From: an uncultured Candidatus Cloacimonadota bacterium
GTDB lineage: Bacteria > Cloacimonadota > Cloacimonadia > Cloacimonadales > Cloacimonadaceae
Length of the DNA: 64,000 nucleotides
NCBI GenBank assembly: GCA_964652645.1
Contig: CAZZCS010000002.1
Span: 402-64,401, forward strand
Reading direction: 5' to 3'
Shown: positions 45,957 to 56,634 of the stretch, one piece after another
Layout of the letters: each line of letters opens with the position of its first letter
Numbering within the stretch: the first letter of the stretch is position 1
Translations under genes and position numbers: made by a program
The notes under the pieces: generated by a model
What the model saw: only the letters and a program-made list of their open reading frames with translations
Told to the model about the DNA's origin: nothing
Databases searched by the model: none

Positions 45957-47333
45957 ATGAAAAGGATTGGTTTGATTGTGACGCTACTCGCCATGCTATG
46001 TGTGGCTTTTTCACTTAACTTGGATTTTCAAGGGCAAAATGCCAGAGAGGCCCGCCTGCTAAATCAATTTCGAAAGATAGATTTTACGCCCAAACCGCTT
46101 CAACTCAATTCTAATAGAGAGATGATGCTTTCGGGGTATATCTCATCTTTTTACACTGGTAACATGCAGTGGGAAAACGAATTGGCAGCAGACATCGAGT
46201 ACAATACTCAAGGTCAGATTCATCGTATCTTTCAACATTATTGGGATTTCGGGAGCAGTTCCTGGATCAAAGACTTCTATAGTGAGTACAGCTACCGTCC
46301 GGATGGTAAACCAGAGCACGTAACTTATTTTGCTTATCTGGATGAAGAGTGGTATGAAGAAGGTGGGGTAGAATTTAACTACGACGGTTCCAGGATCCAA
46401 ACCATCAGAATGTACTACACTGATGGGGAGGAGACTTACGATTTGATAAACTACTATTTCGTCTACGAAACCGATTCCGCGATGTTCACATACCTTTATC
46501 TGAATTTTAACTTGTTTGGGAGGCAGCGCTTCAACGCCAAGGTCGAATATGTCCCTGATGGAAATGGTCGCCCCGTGGAGATCAATTTCTACGCCCTGAA
46601 TGATGCTGAGGAATGGATTCATGAGGAAAAGGCTCTCTTGCAATACCATCCCCAGGATCAGAACAATGCCGAAACCGTGGCGAATTTCTTTCTTTTCCAG
46701 ATCACTTATGGAGAATTTGAAATCGTCCTGGATGGCACCGTGCTCTTGATCGATGAGCTAACAAGCTACCTCTACGACGATGATATGGAGTGGTATGCCT
46801 ACGAACTCACCCAATATGCCTACAACCCTACCATGTCCATCCATCAGATCCAGACTTATGCAGATTATCTCCAGTTCAATGGCGCTGCAGATCGCACCTG
46901 GACCCTGGTGCATCAGGAAGATTTTGATTATGACGACGACCTGAATATGGCGCTCTGGACTATATCGGCTGTATATCAAGCCACGTTAATTCCACAAACA
47001 AGAGTAGCATACAGCTATACTGATCTTGTCTCGACCGAAGATCATCTAGCACCTGCACCGATCTCGAACCTCAAGATCTTCCCAAATCCATTCAACCCCA
47101 AAACCAACCTCAGCTTTGAACTGGAAAAGACCCAAGATGTTCAGATCGAGGTCTATAATCTCAAAGGCCAGAAAGTCCGCACCCTGCTCGGTGATGTCCT
47201 GACAAAGGGAACCCATCAGATTTCCTGGGATGGTAAAGACGATAATGGCCTGGGTCTGGGAAGCGGGATGTACATCCTTCGCCTCAAAACCGGATCCAAC
47301 AGCAGATCCGCAAAGGTTATTCTTCTGAAGTAA
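45957..47333 (+). CDS. hypothetical secreted protein with T9SS/FlgD-Ig-type C-terminal sorting domain
   Basis: Has a signal peptide. The body is Tyr/Asp/Glu-rich and repetitive. The C-terminus is FPNPFNPKTNLSFEL...IEVYNLKGQKVRTL...WDGKDDNG...SGMYILRLK. Confidence 0.6.
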   Translation: MKRIGLIVTLLAMLCVAFSLNLDFQGQNAREARLLNQFRKIDFTPKPLQLNSNREMMLSGYISSFYTGNMQWENELAADIEYNTQGQIHRIFQHYWDFGSSSWIKDFYSEYSYRPDGKPEHVTYFAYLDEEWYEEGGVEFNYDGSRIQTIRMYYTDGEETYDLINYYFVYETDSAMFTYLYLNFNLFGRQRFNAKVEYVPDGNGRPVEINFYALNDAEEWIHEEKALLQYHPQDQNNAETVANFFLFQITYGEFEIVLDGTVLLIDELTSYLYDDDMEWYAYELTQYAYNPTMSIHQIQTYADYLQFNGAADRTWTLVHQEDFDYDDDLNMALWTISAVYQATLIPQTRVAYSYTDLVSTEDHLAPAPISNLKIFPNPFNPKTNLSFELEKTQDVQIEVYNLKGQKVRTLLGDVLTKGTHQISWDGKDDNGLGLGSGMYILRLKTGSNSRSAKVILLK

Positions 47334-47356
47334 AGCCTCTAGCACTAGTAAATATA

Positions 47357-47393
47357 GGCACGCGAGTCTCAAAAAGACAGCGTGCCTTTTTTA
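47357..47393 (+). terminator. intrinsic terminator
   Basis: AGGCACGC-(15-nt loop)-GCGTGCCT followed by TTTTTT. Confidence 0.7.
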
Positions 47394-47677
47394 TTGTAAG
47401 ACAGTACCAGCGAAGCTATTGCTTGCCTCAAAATCTCTGGAATTGCGCGTTCAAAGATGCTTCCCTGCCCGCGGGCAAGAGTAGATAATTTCCATAATGA
47501 CTGGCAATGACAATTGAATCATCTGGGGATAGGGCAGAGCCCCAATACTATGAAAGACCGGGTTAACGATCATTTTCATATAGGTGCATGACAATGTGAT
47601 CTAAAGATGTAGTCTTCGTGCGCCAGGCTTGGCTGAGAATGTGCTAGTTCAGTCGCTGCAAAATCTATTCAAATAGG

Positions 47678-49186
47678 TCAATAAACCAGTTGCCAGCCTG
47701 CATAGAGTTGATGCTGCCAGTTCTTCCGGTCGTATGAGGCAGAATGCCCCAGCATAAGTCTATGATGGGCAAAGAAGTTGGATTTGAGCATGTTTTTGAT
47801 CTCGAAAGTATCGCTGATATTTCCCTGCAGCCACTGCACTTGATAGTTATCAATATCCGGGATTTCCTCTATATAATTGAGAGAAAAGATGTTGCCTTCG
47901 CTACCCTGACGCGTGTAAGAGATTTTGGAATTGAGCGCGGACTTGAAAGGAAGAGGATAGTTCAGCTCTGCAGTATAATCGATCAGGTTTGAGCCTTTGG
48001 GATAGCCCAAAGCCTTGCCATCGTGAGAGTAGCGGGTCCAGGGCAGGAAGTGGGTATATATCCAGGGTCGGACAGCCGTGATCTCGAAGCCAAAACCGGG
48101 TTTGTCCCTTCCGGGAACTTGATAGTAGGCGCCAGTTTGAATGGCATATTTATTACCCCACCAGGAGCCGAAGATCTCCTTGTAGCGCATCTCATCGATG
48201 ATCGCATTGGTATAAAGGGTCAGATTTTGGACAGGCTTGAGATTTGCCCCTCCAAAGATCAGGATGTTGTCCCTGTCTTGCAGGTTGTGCTCCGTTACTC
48301 TCCAGAAGGCGTGGGGCAGGAGGTAATTGACGTCCAGTCCACGGTCTCCATAGATAACTGCTTCACCAAAGAAGAGCTCGACCTGATCCCGGGGTTTATA
48401 GCTGATGTTGTGCAAAGCCAGGTGTTTTTCGGGGTAGTGTTTGGAACTTGCGAGCTCGTCTTCGTAGAGGCTGAGCGGGGCATCAGAGATCAGATTGCCA
48501 TAGAGCACGGAGAGCCGGAAATCTCCAAATGATCCCTCCCCCAGGATAAAGCCATATTCGTTTGCGACATCGCTGAGAATGATGCTGCCAGAGATGCTAT
48601 TCCCGATTTGAAACTTATCGCGGCCCAGGGAAAAGAAAAACTGCTCGCCCCGGTAGCTGATGTCCGCCGCGAGGTTATCGATCCAGATTTTATCGTTGTT
48701 TCGCTTGTAAAAGCCGTTCACCAGTGGCGAATGAGCCAGAGAGTAATACGAGTCCCCAAAAAAAGCTCCGCTGTGCCAGATTGATTTCATGCTCCATTGG
48801 TTGTTAAATTGAGCATTCAACCTCATTCCTTTGTATAGGTAACCATAGCTAAAGTCCTCGTCGTGCGTATATTCATAACCGGCCAGGGCGTTGATTTCAC
48901 TACGAAACTGGACGTGGCTGGTCTCGTGAGCATAGCTAAAGATGCGATGCCGGGGAGTACCGGGTAAGAAAGCTTCGATCAGGGCAGATTTGAAGATCTG
49001 GACGTTATCAAAGGGAGTGCTGAGTCCGGGTTCCATTTCGGGCAGGGGATCGTAGGGGTTTGATTCGATCAGCAGGGAAACGGAGCTATTACTGCGAATC
49101 TCTGGCTCGAAGACGGATGTGGCAACCACGTACTGGAAGCAAATCAGGACGATCGCAAGCAGGGTGATGCTTTTAAGCATTTTCAC
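47678..49186 (-). CDS. outer-membrane beta-barrel protein, Wzi-like (capsule-assembly family)
   Basis: Has a signal peptide. SLGRDKFQIGNSISGSIILSDVANEYG resembles the Wzi signature LGR....WGPG..GSL.LS.NA.P as I recall it. The C-terminus ends GWQLVY. Confidence 0.5.
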   Translation of the reverse strand: MKMLKSITLLAIVLICFQYVVATSVFEPEIRSNSSVSLLIESNPYDPLPEMEPGLSTPFDNVQIFKSALIEAFLPGTPRHRIFSYAHETSHVQFRSEINALAGYEYTHDEDFSYGYLYKGMRLNAQFNNQWSMKSIWHSGAFFGDSYYSLAHSPLVNGFYKRNNDKIWIDNLAADISYRGEQFFFSLGRDKFQIGNSISGSIILSDVANEYGFILGEGSFGDFRLSVLYGNLISDAPLSLYEDELASSKHYPEKHLALHNISYKPRDQVELFFGEAVIYGDRGLDVNYLLPHAFWRVTEHNLQDRDNILIFGGANLKPVQNLTLYTNAIIDEMRYKEIFGSWWGNKYAIQTGAYYQVPGRDKPGFGFEITAVRPWIYTHFLPWTRYSHDGKALGYPKGSNLIDYTAELNYPLPFKSALNSKISYTRQGSEGNIFSLNYIEEIPDIDNYQVQWLQGNISDTFEIKNMLKSNFFAHHRLMLGHSASYDRKNWQHQLYAGWQLVY

Positions 49187-50261
49187 TTCCGTCGCTTACG
49201 CTAGTGCGCATCAATCTTTTGGCCTCTTTGGCGCTGATGCCCAGCTCCAGGGCTATCTCATTTGGCTTCCAGCCATCATGGGCCAGACGGTTTACCATCC
49301 TGGCCATAGTATCATCATCCAGGCCAGGACTCTCCTCTTCGGGCTTATCGTCATCTTTCATGGTAAAGCTATCCTCTTGTGAGGAGGTGTTCCTGCGTTT
49401 GAAAATCCCGCTTTTGATGAGGATAATAAGGATTAGAACTACTAGTAAAGCGAAGCCAATCAGCTTCAGTGCTGCGATGTTTCTGGCCAGGAAAGCCAGG
49501 GGATCTGGCTTTGGCCTGGAAGGGCTTATAGTTTTGCCCGGAACAGGAGTAACGATCGTGCTGTCTTGGGGGGCAGGCACAAGCGTTTCAGTGCTTTTAT
49601 CCTCGGGACTTGCTACGGTTTTGCTCTTTTGGGGTGAAGGAGTTTGAGTGCCGCGGAGCAAAGATTGGGCAGCTTGATAGTGCTCGGAGCTGTTTGAGAT
49701 CTGGTTGAGCTTCTGTTTTGCACGATCTATATCTTTGGCTTCGAGCAATATCGAACCCCACTTCAACAGGATGGAATCGTCGTTGGGATAGCTTTTCTGC
49801 AGGTTTGTCAGCATTGATTCTGCTCTTTCCAGTCTCCCCGTATGGGCAAAGAATTCTACCAGTTCCAGCCTTTCCTGCCTGCTCCTGGGGTTTTGGATAA
49901 AGACGTCCACCACAATGCGATAGGGGGAGTAGAGCACCATGCTCAGGTGGCTAATGGGTTTGGAGGCGGAAAGCGTAAAGCTCGAGGAATTGGCCGCTTG
50001 GGAAAAGCGCAGGTCGCTGATGATATAGCCAGATCCCAAAATCGGGAGTTCCGTATTCAGAGCGGTCTCACGCAGTTCGATCTGAAGCGCATTGCCGCCT
50101 TTTGAGGGCTCGATACTGTAGAAAGCTTTGGAATCCAGTTCCATTACCAGACGGGTAGCGTTATTGCCGTAATGACGTACTCTCAAATCACTTACATTGG
50201 CAATTCCCCAACTGCTGAAGGCGATGACAAGCAAGACCAGACACAAAGTAATCTTCTTCAT
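49173..50261 (-). CDS. bitopic membrane protein: AMIN-like domain + TPR-like region + Pro-rich linker + TM helix + C-terminal HTH-like segment
   Basis: Signal peptide. VSDLRVRHYGNNATRLVMELD....Y......GNALQIEL is an AMIN-like pattern. TM helix LIGFALLVVLILIILI. The cytoplasmic tail ...MARMVNRLAHDGWKPNEIALELGISAKEAKRLMR resembles sigma region 4 or a generic HTH. Confidence 0.5.
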   Translation of the reverse strand: MKKITLCLVLLVIAFSSWGIANVSDLRVRHYGNNATRLVMELDSKAFYSIEPSKGGNALQIELRETALNTELPILGSGYIISDLRFSQAANSSSFTLSASKPISHLSMVLYSPYRIVVDVFIQNPRSRQERLELVEFFAHTGRLERAESMLTNLQKSYPNDDSILLKWGSILLEAKDIDRAKQKLNQISNSSEHYQAAQSLLRGTQTPSPQKSKTVASPEDKSTETLVPAPQDSTIVTPVPGKTISPSRPKPDPLAFLARNIAALKLIGFALLVVLILIILIKSGIFKRRNTSSQEDSFTMKDDDKPEEESPGLDDDTMARMVNRLAHDGWKPNEIALELGISAKEAKRLMRTSVSDGSENA

Positions 50262-50322
50262 AATTCCTCAATAAATGCGTTACTCACGTTCTGATAAAAG
50301 CCCAGAACTGGCAATCACTGCA

Positions 50323-50351
50323 TTGATATCGGAGACTTGCTTGAGCGTCAA
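50323..50351 (-). promoter_or_regulatory. sigma-70-like promoter for the AMIN/Wzi-like pair
   Basis: On the minus strand: TTGACG (50351-50346), a 17-nt spacer, then TATCAA (50328-50323), about 60 nt upstream of the ATG at 50261. Confidence 0.45.
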
Positions 50352-50436
50352 GGAAAAAATCGCGCTTGCGTGACTGGGATCGACTACAATTGCAATGTCA
50401 AAACGACCTGAAACATTACACAAGCCTAATTAACCA

Positions 50437-51345
50437 TTACATGCCAGGAATACTTAAGCCAAATTCTGCAGACATCATGACATGGCGTAAATCGGTTTGA
50501 CTCATGCTAAACTGTTTAAAAAATCTTAAGCCAATTCCCATGTAAGCAGATCTGCCCTTGTGAAATTCCTGCGAGTACTTCTGGCTCAAGCTGAAAAACC
50601 CGGGTTTGTTTTGCCAGGATAAGCACGTTTCTACCTTTATGTTCTTGTTGAAAGGTGAATCTGTTGTATCAAGAAGACCAATTTTGAGGGCGACATCATC
50701 ATTGAAGAGTTGTTCCAGTCCTACAGCCCATACCTGAGTTGATTGGTAGAATGGGACATCCGTCAAATCAATTTCTGGACCTGCCCAATCGAACTGCCAT
50801 CTGCGAGAATCATTGCTTATATTTCGTACAATAACATGCTGTTTACCATACTTGTTCGTAACACCCACACCAAGGTTTCCGTAGAAGTAAGAGTCATACT
50901 CTTGATCATTGGAGTGGTAACCTTCTATGGCATAGTGCTGTGTATAACCCAAGGTCAAAATCTCATGTTTGAAAGTGGTAGAAAGGTAGAAATCCCACAG
51001 GTAATAGTCGTCGATGCCTCTATCGGACATTATCACTCCTTGAGCTACGCTAAGATTCATTAATGGGAAGGCTCCCTGTATTGATCCGGAAGCTGGGTTA
51101 CCGGTGTAATCTTCTACAGGAGCTGTAAAAGCCATGCCTAATCCGTAAGAAGTGGCTAGGGGATTGTTATGGTAACTGGTGGGGTAGTCGTATAAAGTGC
51201 TCAAGCCACTAGAGCCCATTTCTGCGACAGACAAAACTGGTACTTGTCCAAAAAGATAGGTGGGAAGTTGAGCTGATAAAGCCGTACAGGATAGCACAAG
51301 CATAAGAAAAAAAGAAAAAATAGTAGTCAATACTGTTGTTTTCAT
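50437..51345 (-). CDS. hypothetical outer-membrane/secreted protein
   Basis: Signal peptide (…LSCTALSAQ). The sequence is aromatic- and Gly-rich with alternating beta-strand-like segments. AGGAG RBS. Visibly AT-richer than its neighbours. Confidence 0.45.
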   Translation of the reverse strand: MKTTVLTTIFSFFLMLVLSCTALSAQLPTYLFGQVPVLSVAEMGSSGLSTLYDYPTSYHNNPLATSYGLGMAFTAPVEDYTGNPASGSIQGAFPLMNLSVAQGVIMSDRGIDDYYLWDFYLSTTFKHEILTLGYTQHYAIEGYHSNDQEYDSYFYGNLGVGVTNKYGKQHVIVRNISNDSRRWQFDWAGPEIDLTDVPFYQSTQVWAVGLEQLFNDDVALKIGLLDTTDSPFNKNIKVETCLSWQNKPGFFSLSQKYSQEFHKGRSAYMGIGLRFFKQFSMSQTDLRHVMMSAEFGLSIPGM

Positions 51346-51518
51346 GAGTTCTCCTAGAGTGTGAATTTTGTATGAACCTACTCTGCATTCAAAATAAGCA
51401 AGAGCATGAAAATGTCAATGGTTTTTTAGTCGAACTTCAATCTCAAGACTAGATAAATGATCGCCGTATGCTATCTGCAAGAGTCTCTACTTGCTTATCT
51501 GGGCTGCTTCATTATCAT

Positions 51519-51543
51519 ATCTCATATAAAATATATATGAGAT
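51519..51543. promoter_or_regulatory. 10-bp inverted repeat (candidate operator) abutting the RBS
   Basis: ATCTCATATA-aaata-TATATGAGAT has perfect arms. It is immediately followed by GGAGG and the ATG at 51553. Confidence 0.4.
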
Positions 51544-51552
51544 GGAGGAACC

Positions 51553-52044
51553 ATGAGCTCAATAATTGAATTACTGCTACAAATAGAGAAGAGTGGGTAC
51601 GAATACTTCAGCAAGCTGGCCCAAAAGTGTGATTTCAATGCGGGAGTCAAGAGCATCCTGGAGATGTTGGCACACTCACAACAAGACCAGATAACGAGGC
51701 TGGAAGCCTGTCGGGGACTTAGTGCTCAGGCGACTGCGGAGCCTGATTTCTACGAGCGGGCAAAAGTGATCTTTCAGGGTCTTCAAGCCGGGACAGCGGA
51801 ATTTTCCTGTTCCATAGACCATCTTGCCCTCTACGAGCATGCAAAACAGGTGCAGGAGGAGACTCTGCAAAACTATCAGAAGGCTCTGGAATCAGTCGAT
51901 GATGATGCCTTGTTACCCGTATTAGAAGACTTAACAGAACAAAAAGAGAAGCAAATCATTTTGCTTGACAATATTATTGAACTGATATTACGTCCCGAGC
52001 AATGGGTGGAGAGTCCGGAGTTTACCAAACTTGACGATTATTGA
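51553..52044 (+). CDS. four-helix-bundle protein, ferritin/rubrerythrin-like superfamily (degenerate metal ligands)
   Basis: 163 aa, predicted all-helical with two similar halves. The ExxH di-iron motifs are not clearly retained (EMLAH, EETLQ). Confidence 0.35.
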   Translation: MSSIIELLLQIEKSGYEYFSKLAQKCDFNAGVKSILEMLAHSQQDQITRLEACRGLSAQATAEPDFYERAKVIFQGLQAGTAEFSCSIDHLALYEHAKQVQEETLQNYQKALESVDDDALLPVLEDLTEQKEKQIILLDNIIELILRPEQWVESPEFTKLDDY

Positions 52045-52149
52045 TTCAGGGTTGGATTCTGGCAGCCGTGTCCTGGCATGGCTTGAATATCCAGGGGGAC
52101 GGAATGGTCGTGCATCCATTAATATTAGAGGAAGATGATATAAGCTTAT

Positions 52150-55100
52150 ATGTTTAGTACTTTCCGACAGATGCTTACCTTTATCATAGTGCTTATGGTG
52201 TTCCTGATGGCACTATCGGTTCTGCTGGTACTGACCACCTATCGTGAGAGCGACAGGCTCAAATCTGATATGGAATATCTAGACCAACAGAAGGAAAGTA
52301 TCACGGGAATATATCTCGACTTTTTGGATATCAAGACCAAGGTCACGTACTCACTTTTAAACCAGGAATACAGCTCTGAATTCGATTTCGATGCCAAAAG
52401 GCAAAGTATCTACGAGCAGTTGGAGCTCGCCATCGAGGCTTTGCCCAGGGACAAAGAGAAGCTCAGTAATATCAAGAATACGCTGGATAAGTTCTTTGAA
52501 AACTATGACAATGTAGTCTTTATCCGGGAGTATCAGCGCTCCAGCCGGGATTCTCTGGAAGGTGCTCTAAAGTTCGTCTCCAGCCGCATTCCTGATTCGG
52601 CAGCTTCGGATATCATTCGCGGATATCAGAGGCTTTTGGAAGCGCAAAACGTATATCTCTCCAATCCTACTTCCACCAATTTTGTCAGTTGGCAATTTGC
52701 CCGTAATAATCTCAAGCGGTTTGGGATGCGCAATAATGCCTTGCTGGCTGCTCTGGACGACTATACCCTTCGCCTGGAGCAGGAGTGGCAAAATCAAACG
52801 GATCTGACCAAAGCTTTTGAGTTCTTCAATACTGCGACTGTATCGCTGGATACCAATCTGTCGGGACTGTCCAATGAAATCCGGATGGAGTACAGCAATA
52901 AAGCCAGAGACAACGCCAGCGTGCGAAGTAACGAGCAAAAGAACCAGCTACTCTTTATTCTCGTGGCCTTTGTGTTTTCGAATTCTGCCCTTTTCTATAT
53001 CATGTGGTCTATCTCTCTCCCCATCAATCGCTTGTTGACTCTGGTCAAGGAAGTGGAAGCTGGGAACTATGAAGTCCGCTTTGAGTATCAATCTTCCAAT
53101 GAACTTGCCACTTTGGGCTATGCGTTCAACTCCATGCTCAGCACCATCAATAGGGATAGAGAAACCATCCATCGGCATCAGGTAGAGCTCGAAGATAAGG
53201 TGGCAGAACGTACGGCAGAGCTGGCCAAAGCCAAGGACTCTGCAGAAGCGGCATCTCAGGCAAAATCTGACTTTCTGGCCAAGATGTCCCACGAGATCCG
53301 TACTCCCATGAATGGGATTATTGGCACCACCGAAATCCTGAACTCTTCAGGGCTCACGGAGCAGCAACGAGAGATCGTCAAGATCATCCAGAATTCAGGC
53401 TCGTCTTTGCTACACATTATCAATGATATCCTGGATTTCTCCAAAATCGAAGCAGGTAAGGAAGAGCTATCAGAGCAAACTTTCTCTCTCCGAAAGCTCG
53501 TTAATTCCACGATTCTGCACTTCAGTCTGGAAGCCGAGAACAAGGGACTCAAGCTGTTGAGCAACATCGATGAGATGGTTCCGGATTTTTATCGGGCGGA
53601 TGATGCCAAGTTTAAACAAGTCCTGAACAACCTGATCAACAACGCCATCAAGTTTACTCATAAAGGGACAATAGAGGTTATCGTTTCGGCTGCAGCCGTG
53701 GACAAACACAAGGCCGATCTAATCTTTGAAATCGCCGATAGTGGGATCGGAATCTCGGCAGACAAGCTGGAATCCGTCTTTGACTCATTCTCCCAGGGGG
53801 ACAACACGACTACGCGTGAATTTGGCGGAACTGGACTGGGTACCACCATTTCCCGGAAGATCATCGAAATGATGGGTGGCTCAATCAAGGCTATCAGCCC
53901 CAACCCCAATCTGGCACCAGACAGCCCTCACCCCGGCTCCGTGTTTCGGATAGAACTGCCCCTCAAGCTCTGCGACCAGTATTGTATAGGCCTTTCGGAT
54001 GGTACTAGCATCAGACTGGGAGAGACAAATTTCGTCTCTCTGGTCAAAGCTCCCGAGATCTCGCAGGAGCTGGATCGGATGGAGAAGATGAATGGCATCG
54101 TCGTGGTACGTCGGGGTTCCTATGATGATGTTTTCAAGGTTTTGGAAACTATCGCTCCCCGGGGATCAATTGTTATGGTGGAGACCAGTCTCCTCAGCAG
54201 TGATCAGTCCAGTCTGTGGCAAAAGCTCTATCAAGACTTCAGTATCTGCATTATGGGTTTGAGGCAGGAGTCTGATTCCTCCGCAGAAGTCGATTACCAG
54301 CTCTTTGGGATCGATGAGGTGCTGACTGTACCTCTGTCTCAGTCTGCCTTTTTGAATAAAACCGAAGAGATGATCAAGAGGTGCTTCGACAAAAGAAGAA
54401 GCAAGCTCGAATCTCAGATGAAGGAGCAAGCTGTGCCCGATAGGATTATCAGGGTCTTACTTGTAGAGGACAACCTGATCAATCAGAAAGTGGCCACCCG
54501 GATCCTGGAATCAATGAAGCTGCAGGTTTCCATAGCCTCCAATGGCAAAGAAGCCGTGGATATGGTTCAGAACGACACCTTCGATATCGTCTTTATGGAC
54601 ATCCAGATGCCCATAATGAATGGTTACGACTCCACTCAGGAGATGCGCAGCCGGGGAATCAAGATACCAATAATCGCGATGACTGCCAATGCCATGAAGG
54701 AAGATAGAGAAAAAAGCATAGAGTCTGGGATGGACGATTTTATCTCTAAACCAATTACCTATAAAGCAATTACAGATATTATCCAGAAATGGCTCTACCC
54801 CGAGCCCAAAGAAGAACCGCAAGTTACCAAGGAACAGGAGTCAAACATGCTACAAAACCGCATTATAGATGAAGAAGAAGCCATCAATCGTGTGTACGAT
54901 AAAGATCTGCTCAAAGAGTTGTTAGTGGATTTTGAAAAGATGAAAGAGCTTGAACCCCAGGTCTTTGAGGATGCTTTTGCAGCAAAGGATTATGAAGAGA
55001 TCGAGCATCTCTCCCATGCGCTCAAAGGAGTCTCCGGAAATCTCGCTTTGGAAGGTGTTTACAAGGCTTCTACCGAGCTGAATGATGCCGCAAAAGCCGG

Positions 55101-55191
55101 ACAGAATGAACGCCTGCGGGAGCTCTATAGATTGATGAGACTGGAGATTGAGCGGTTTAAGGCCTGGCTACCGGGTTATCTGAACACTTGA
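52150..55191 (+). CDS. hybrid sensor histidine kinase / response regulator with Hpt domain
   Basis: An N-terminal TM helix, a sensor region of about 230 aa, a second TM helix and a HAMP domain. HisKA motif [10 protein letters not shown]. HATPase boxes NNAIKF, DSGIG and GGTGLG. Receiver domain (LLVEDN...FMDIQMP...K). C-terminal Hpt motif [10 protein letters not shown]. Confidence 0.9.
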   Translation: MFSTFRQMLTFIIVLMVFLMALSVLLVLTTYRESDRLKSDMEYLDQQKESITGIYLDFLDIKTKVTYSLLNQEYSSEFDFDAKRQSIYEQLELAIEALPRDKEKLSNIKNTLDKFFENYDNVVFIREYQRSSRDSLEGALKFVSSRIPDSAASDIIRGYQRLLEAQNVYLSNPTSTNFVSWQFARNNLKRFGMRNNALLAALDDYTLRLEQEWQNQTDLTKAFEFFNTATVSLDTNLSGLSNEIRMEYSNKARDNASVRSNEQKNQLLFILVAFVFSNSALFYIMWSISLPINRLLTLVKEVEAGNYEVRFEYQSSNELATLGYAFNSMLSTINRDRETIHRHQVELEDKVAERTAELAKAKDSAEAASQAKSDFLAKMSHEIRTPMNGIIGTTEILNSSGLTEQQREIVKIIQNSGSSLLHIINDILDFSKIEAGKEELSEQTFSLRKLVNSTILHFSLEAENKGLKLLSNIDEMVPDFYRADDAKFKQVLNNLINNAIKFTHKGTIEVIVSAAAVDKHKADLIFEIADSGIGISADKLESVFDSFSQGDNTTTREFGGTGLGTTISRKIIEMMGGSIKAISPNPNLAPDSPHPGSVFRIELPLKLCDQYCIGLSDGTSIRLGETNFVSLVKAPEISQELDRMEKMNGIVVVRRGSYDDVFKVLETIAPRGSIVMVETSLLSSDQSSLWQKLYQDFSICIMGLRQESDSSAEVDYQLFGIDEVLTVPLSQSAFLNKTEEMIKRCFDKRRSKLESQMKEQAVPDRIIRVLLVEDNLINQKVATRILESMKLQVSIASNGKEAVDMVQNDTFDIVFMDIQMPIMNGYDSTQEMRSRGIKIPIIAMTANAMKEDREKSIESGMDDFISKPITYKAITDIIQKWLYPEPKEEPQVTKEQESNMLQNRIIDEEEAINRVYDKDLLKELLVDFEKMKELEPQVFEDAFAAKDYEEIEHLSHALKGVSGNLALEGVYKASTELNDAAKAGQNERLRELYRLMRLEIERFKAWLPGYLNT

Positions 55192-56625
55192 GCTACCGGT
55201 CAGGATCAGTCTGAAATCATTGATTATAGACCTGTCTGCCAGGTAGAGGTAAAGCAGGTATGCAGTACCTGAAACAATCGCGCTCCCCAGGTAGTACCCA
55301 AAGCTGCCCAATACTGCTAGAACAGCGGTAAGCACCCCGATGGGGACGATGCTTTGGGCCAGAGTCTTGCTGGTCTCGATGATATCGCCACGTAGCAGGA
55401 CTATGGACATCAGATAAAAGAAGATATTCATGAGGGCACTTGCCACACAGAACAATAACACCGCCATCTCAAATCCGCTTTGGATGCCAGTATACAGAGC
55501 CGCCACTCTCAGGATCAGGGTACCGATATTCCAGCGCAGTTCCCACTGGGGTTTCCGACAGATATAGGGTACGCCACTGATCGGGTGATGCAGCAAGCTG
55601 CTCCCATAAAAGATGACCAGATAGAAGATCAGGGGGAGTGCTTCGTTCCATTTGGCCCCCAGTAACAGAGGGATAACAGACTGTAGGGCAAAGCTATACA
55701 AAATCAGAGCTGGTATCCCCAGTTTTAGCACCAGGCTGGTATAACGCTTGATTCCAGATAGAGTCTTATCCCGCTCGGCATTGGCAAAAACGGGAAAGAA
55801 CACCTGGGATATGGAGCTGGTGAGCATCCCAACGGGGATAGCAATCAACTGGCTGGCAAAGAAATAGAGTCCCATATACTTTGGCGATACCAGCAGACCC
55901 AAAAAGAGGATGGGGGCATTCCCAGAGTATATCCCGATCAGGTTTACCAAGCTTACATTGACCAGAAAGCTCAAGTTTTGGCGGATATTGGCGCAGCTGA
56001 GCCGGAGATATCTCGTCGAAAGCATCCGTGAGAAGTAGCGCTGGGGTAGCTTGGGGATGCTCAGGGCCAGGTATCCTGTTTCTATGGCATTGCCAATATA
56101 GAAGATCAATATATACAAGCGCACAGAGCGAAAGAAAAAGATAAGAAGGAGTGCTAGCACGCTGTAGACGAGGACGTTGGCGGTTTCAGCCAGGGCCAGT
56201 TCCTTGAAGAGCTGATGCTTCTGGGCGATGGCCCGCAGGCAGCGCCGTAGAACCTCAATGACGATGAATGCCGCACTGAGATGCAGTATCATCCCCAGTT
56301 CAGTGCTGTTGTAGAGAGAGCCAATGCTCCTGCCAAAGACCCAGAGCAGGATGCTGAGCAACAGAGCTGCAAGGCCTCCAATCTGGAACATCGTTTGCAG
56401 ATTCAAATGAGGTCTTTTTTTGTCTGTAAGGTAGTGATAATCCAGGCCGGGATTGCCGAGGTATGAGAAAAAGAGGAGGATCAACCCATAGGTACGAAAG
56501 ATCCCAAAGTCTTCCTTGGTGAGCCAGTTTGCCACAAAGAGGAAGAGGATGGAACCAAACACGCGCCGGATCAGAGTGGTCGAAAGAGTCCAACGAATGG
56601 CATGGATTACGGTTTTACTGCTCAT
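55168..56625 (-). CDS. polysaccharide/oligosaccharide flippase (MOP superfamily, Wzx-like)
   Basis: 485 aa with about 12-14 TM helices and the typical Wzx/polysaccharide-biosynthesis topology. Its 3' end overlaps the convergent kinase gene by 24 nt. Confidence 0.7.
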   Translation of the reverse strand: MSSKTVIHAIRWTLSTTLIRRVFGSILFLFVANWLTKEDFGIFRTYGLILLFFSYLGNPGLDYHYLTDKKRPHLNLQTMFQIGGLAALLLSILLWVFGRSIGSLYNSTELGMILHLSAAFIVIEVLRRCLRAIAQKHQLFKELALAETANVLVYSVLALLLIFFFRSVRLYILIFYIGNAIETGYLALSIPKLPQRYFSRMLSTRYLRLSCANIRQNLSFLVNVSLVNLIGIYSGNAPILFLGLLVSPKYMGLYFFASQLIAIPVGMLTSSISQVFFPVFANAERDKTLSGIKRYTSLVLKLGIPALILYSFALQSVIPLLLGAKWNEALPLIFYLVIFYGSSLLHHPISGVPYICRKPQWELRWNIGTLILRVAALYTGIQSGFEMAVLLFCVASALMNIFFYLMSIVLLRGDIIETSKTLAQSIVPIGVLTAVLAVLGSFGYYLGSAIVSGTAYLLYLYLADRSIINDFRLILTGSSSVQITR

Positions 56626-56634
56626 CTGCGGGTC

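Noticed and set aside
55168-55191. A 24-nt convergent overlap of the 3' ends of the hybrid kinase and the flippase, considered as a possible antisense regulatory arrangement. The 31-nt lepB/hemW overlap at 27713-27743 was considered in the same way.
   Set aside because: Short 3'-3' and same-strand overlaps are common in compact genomes. The sequence contains no additional structure to support a specific mechanism.
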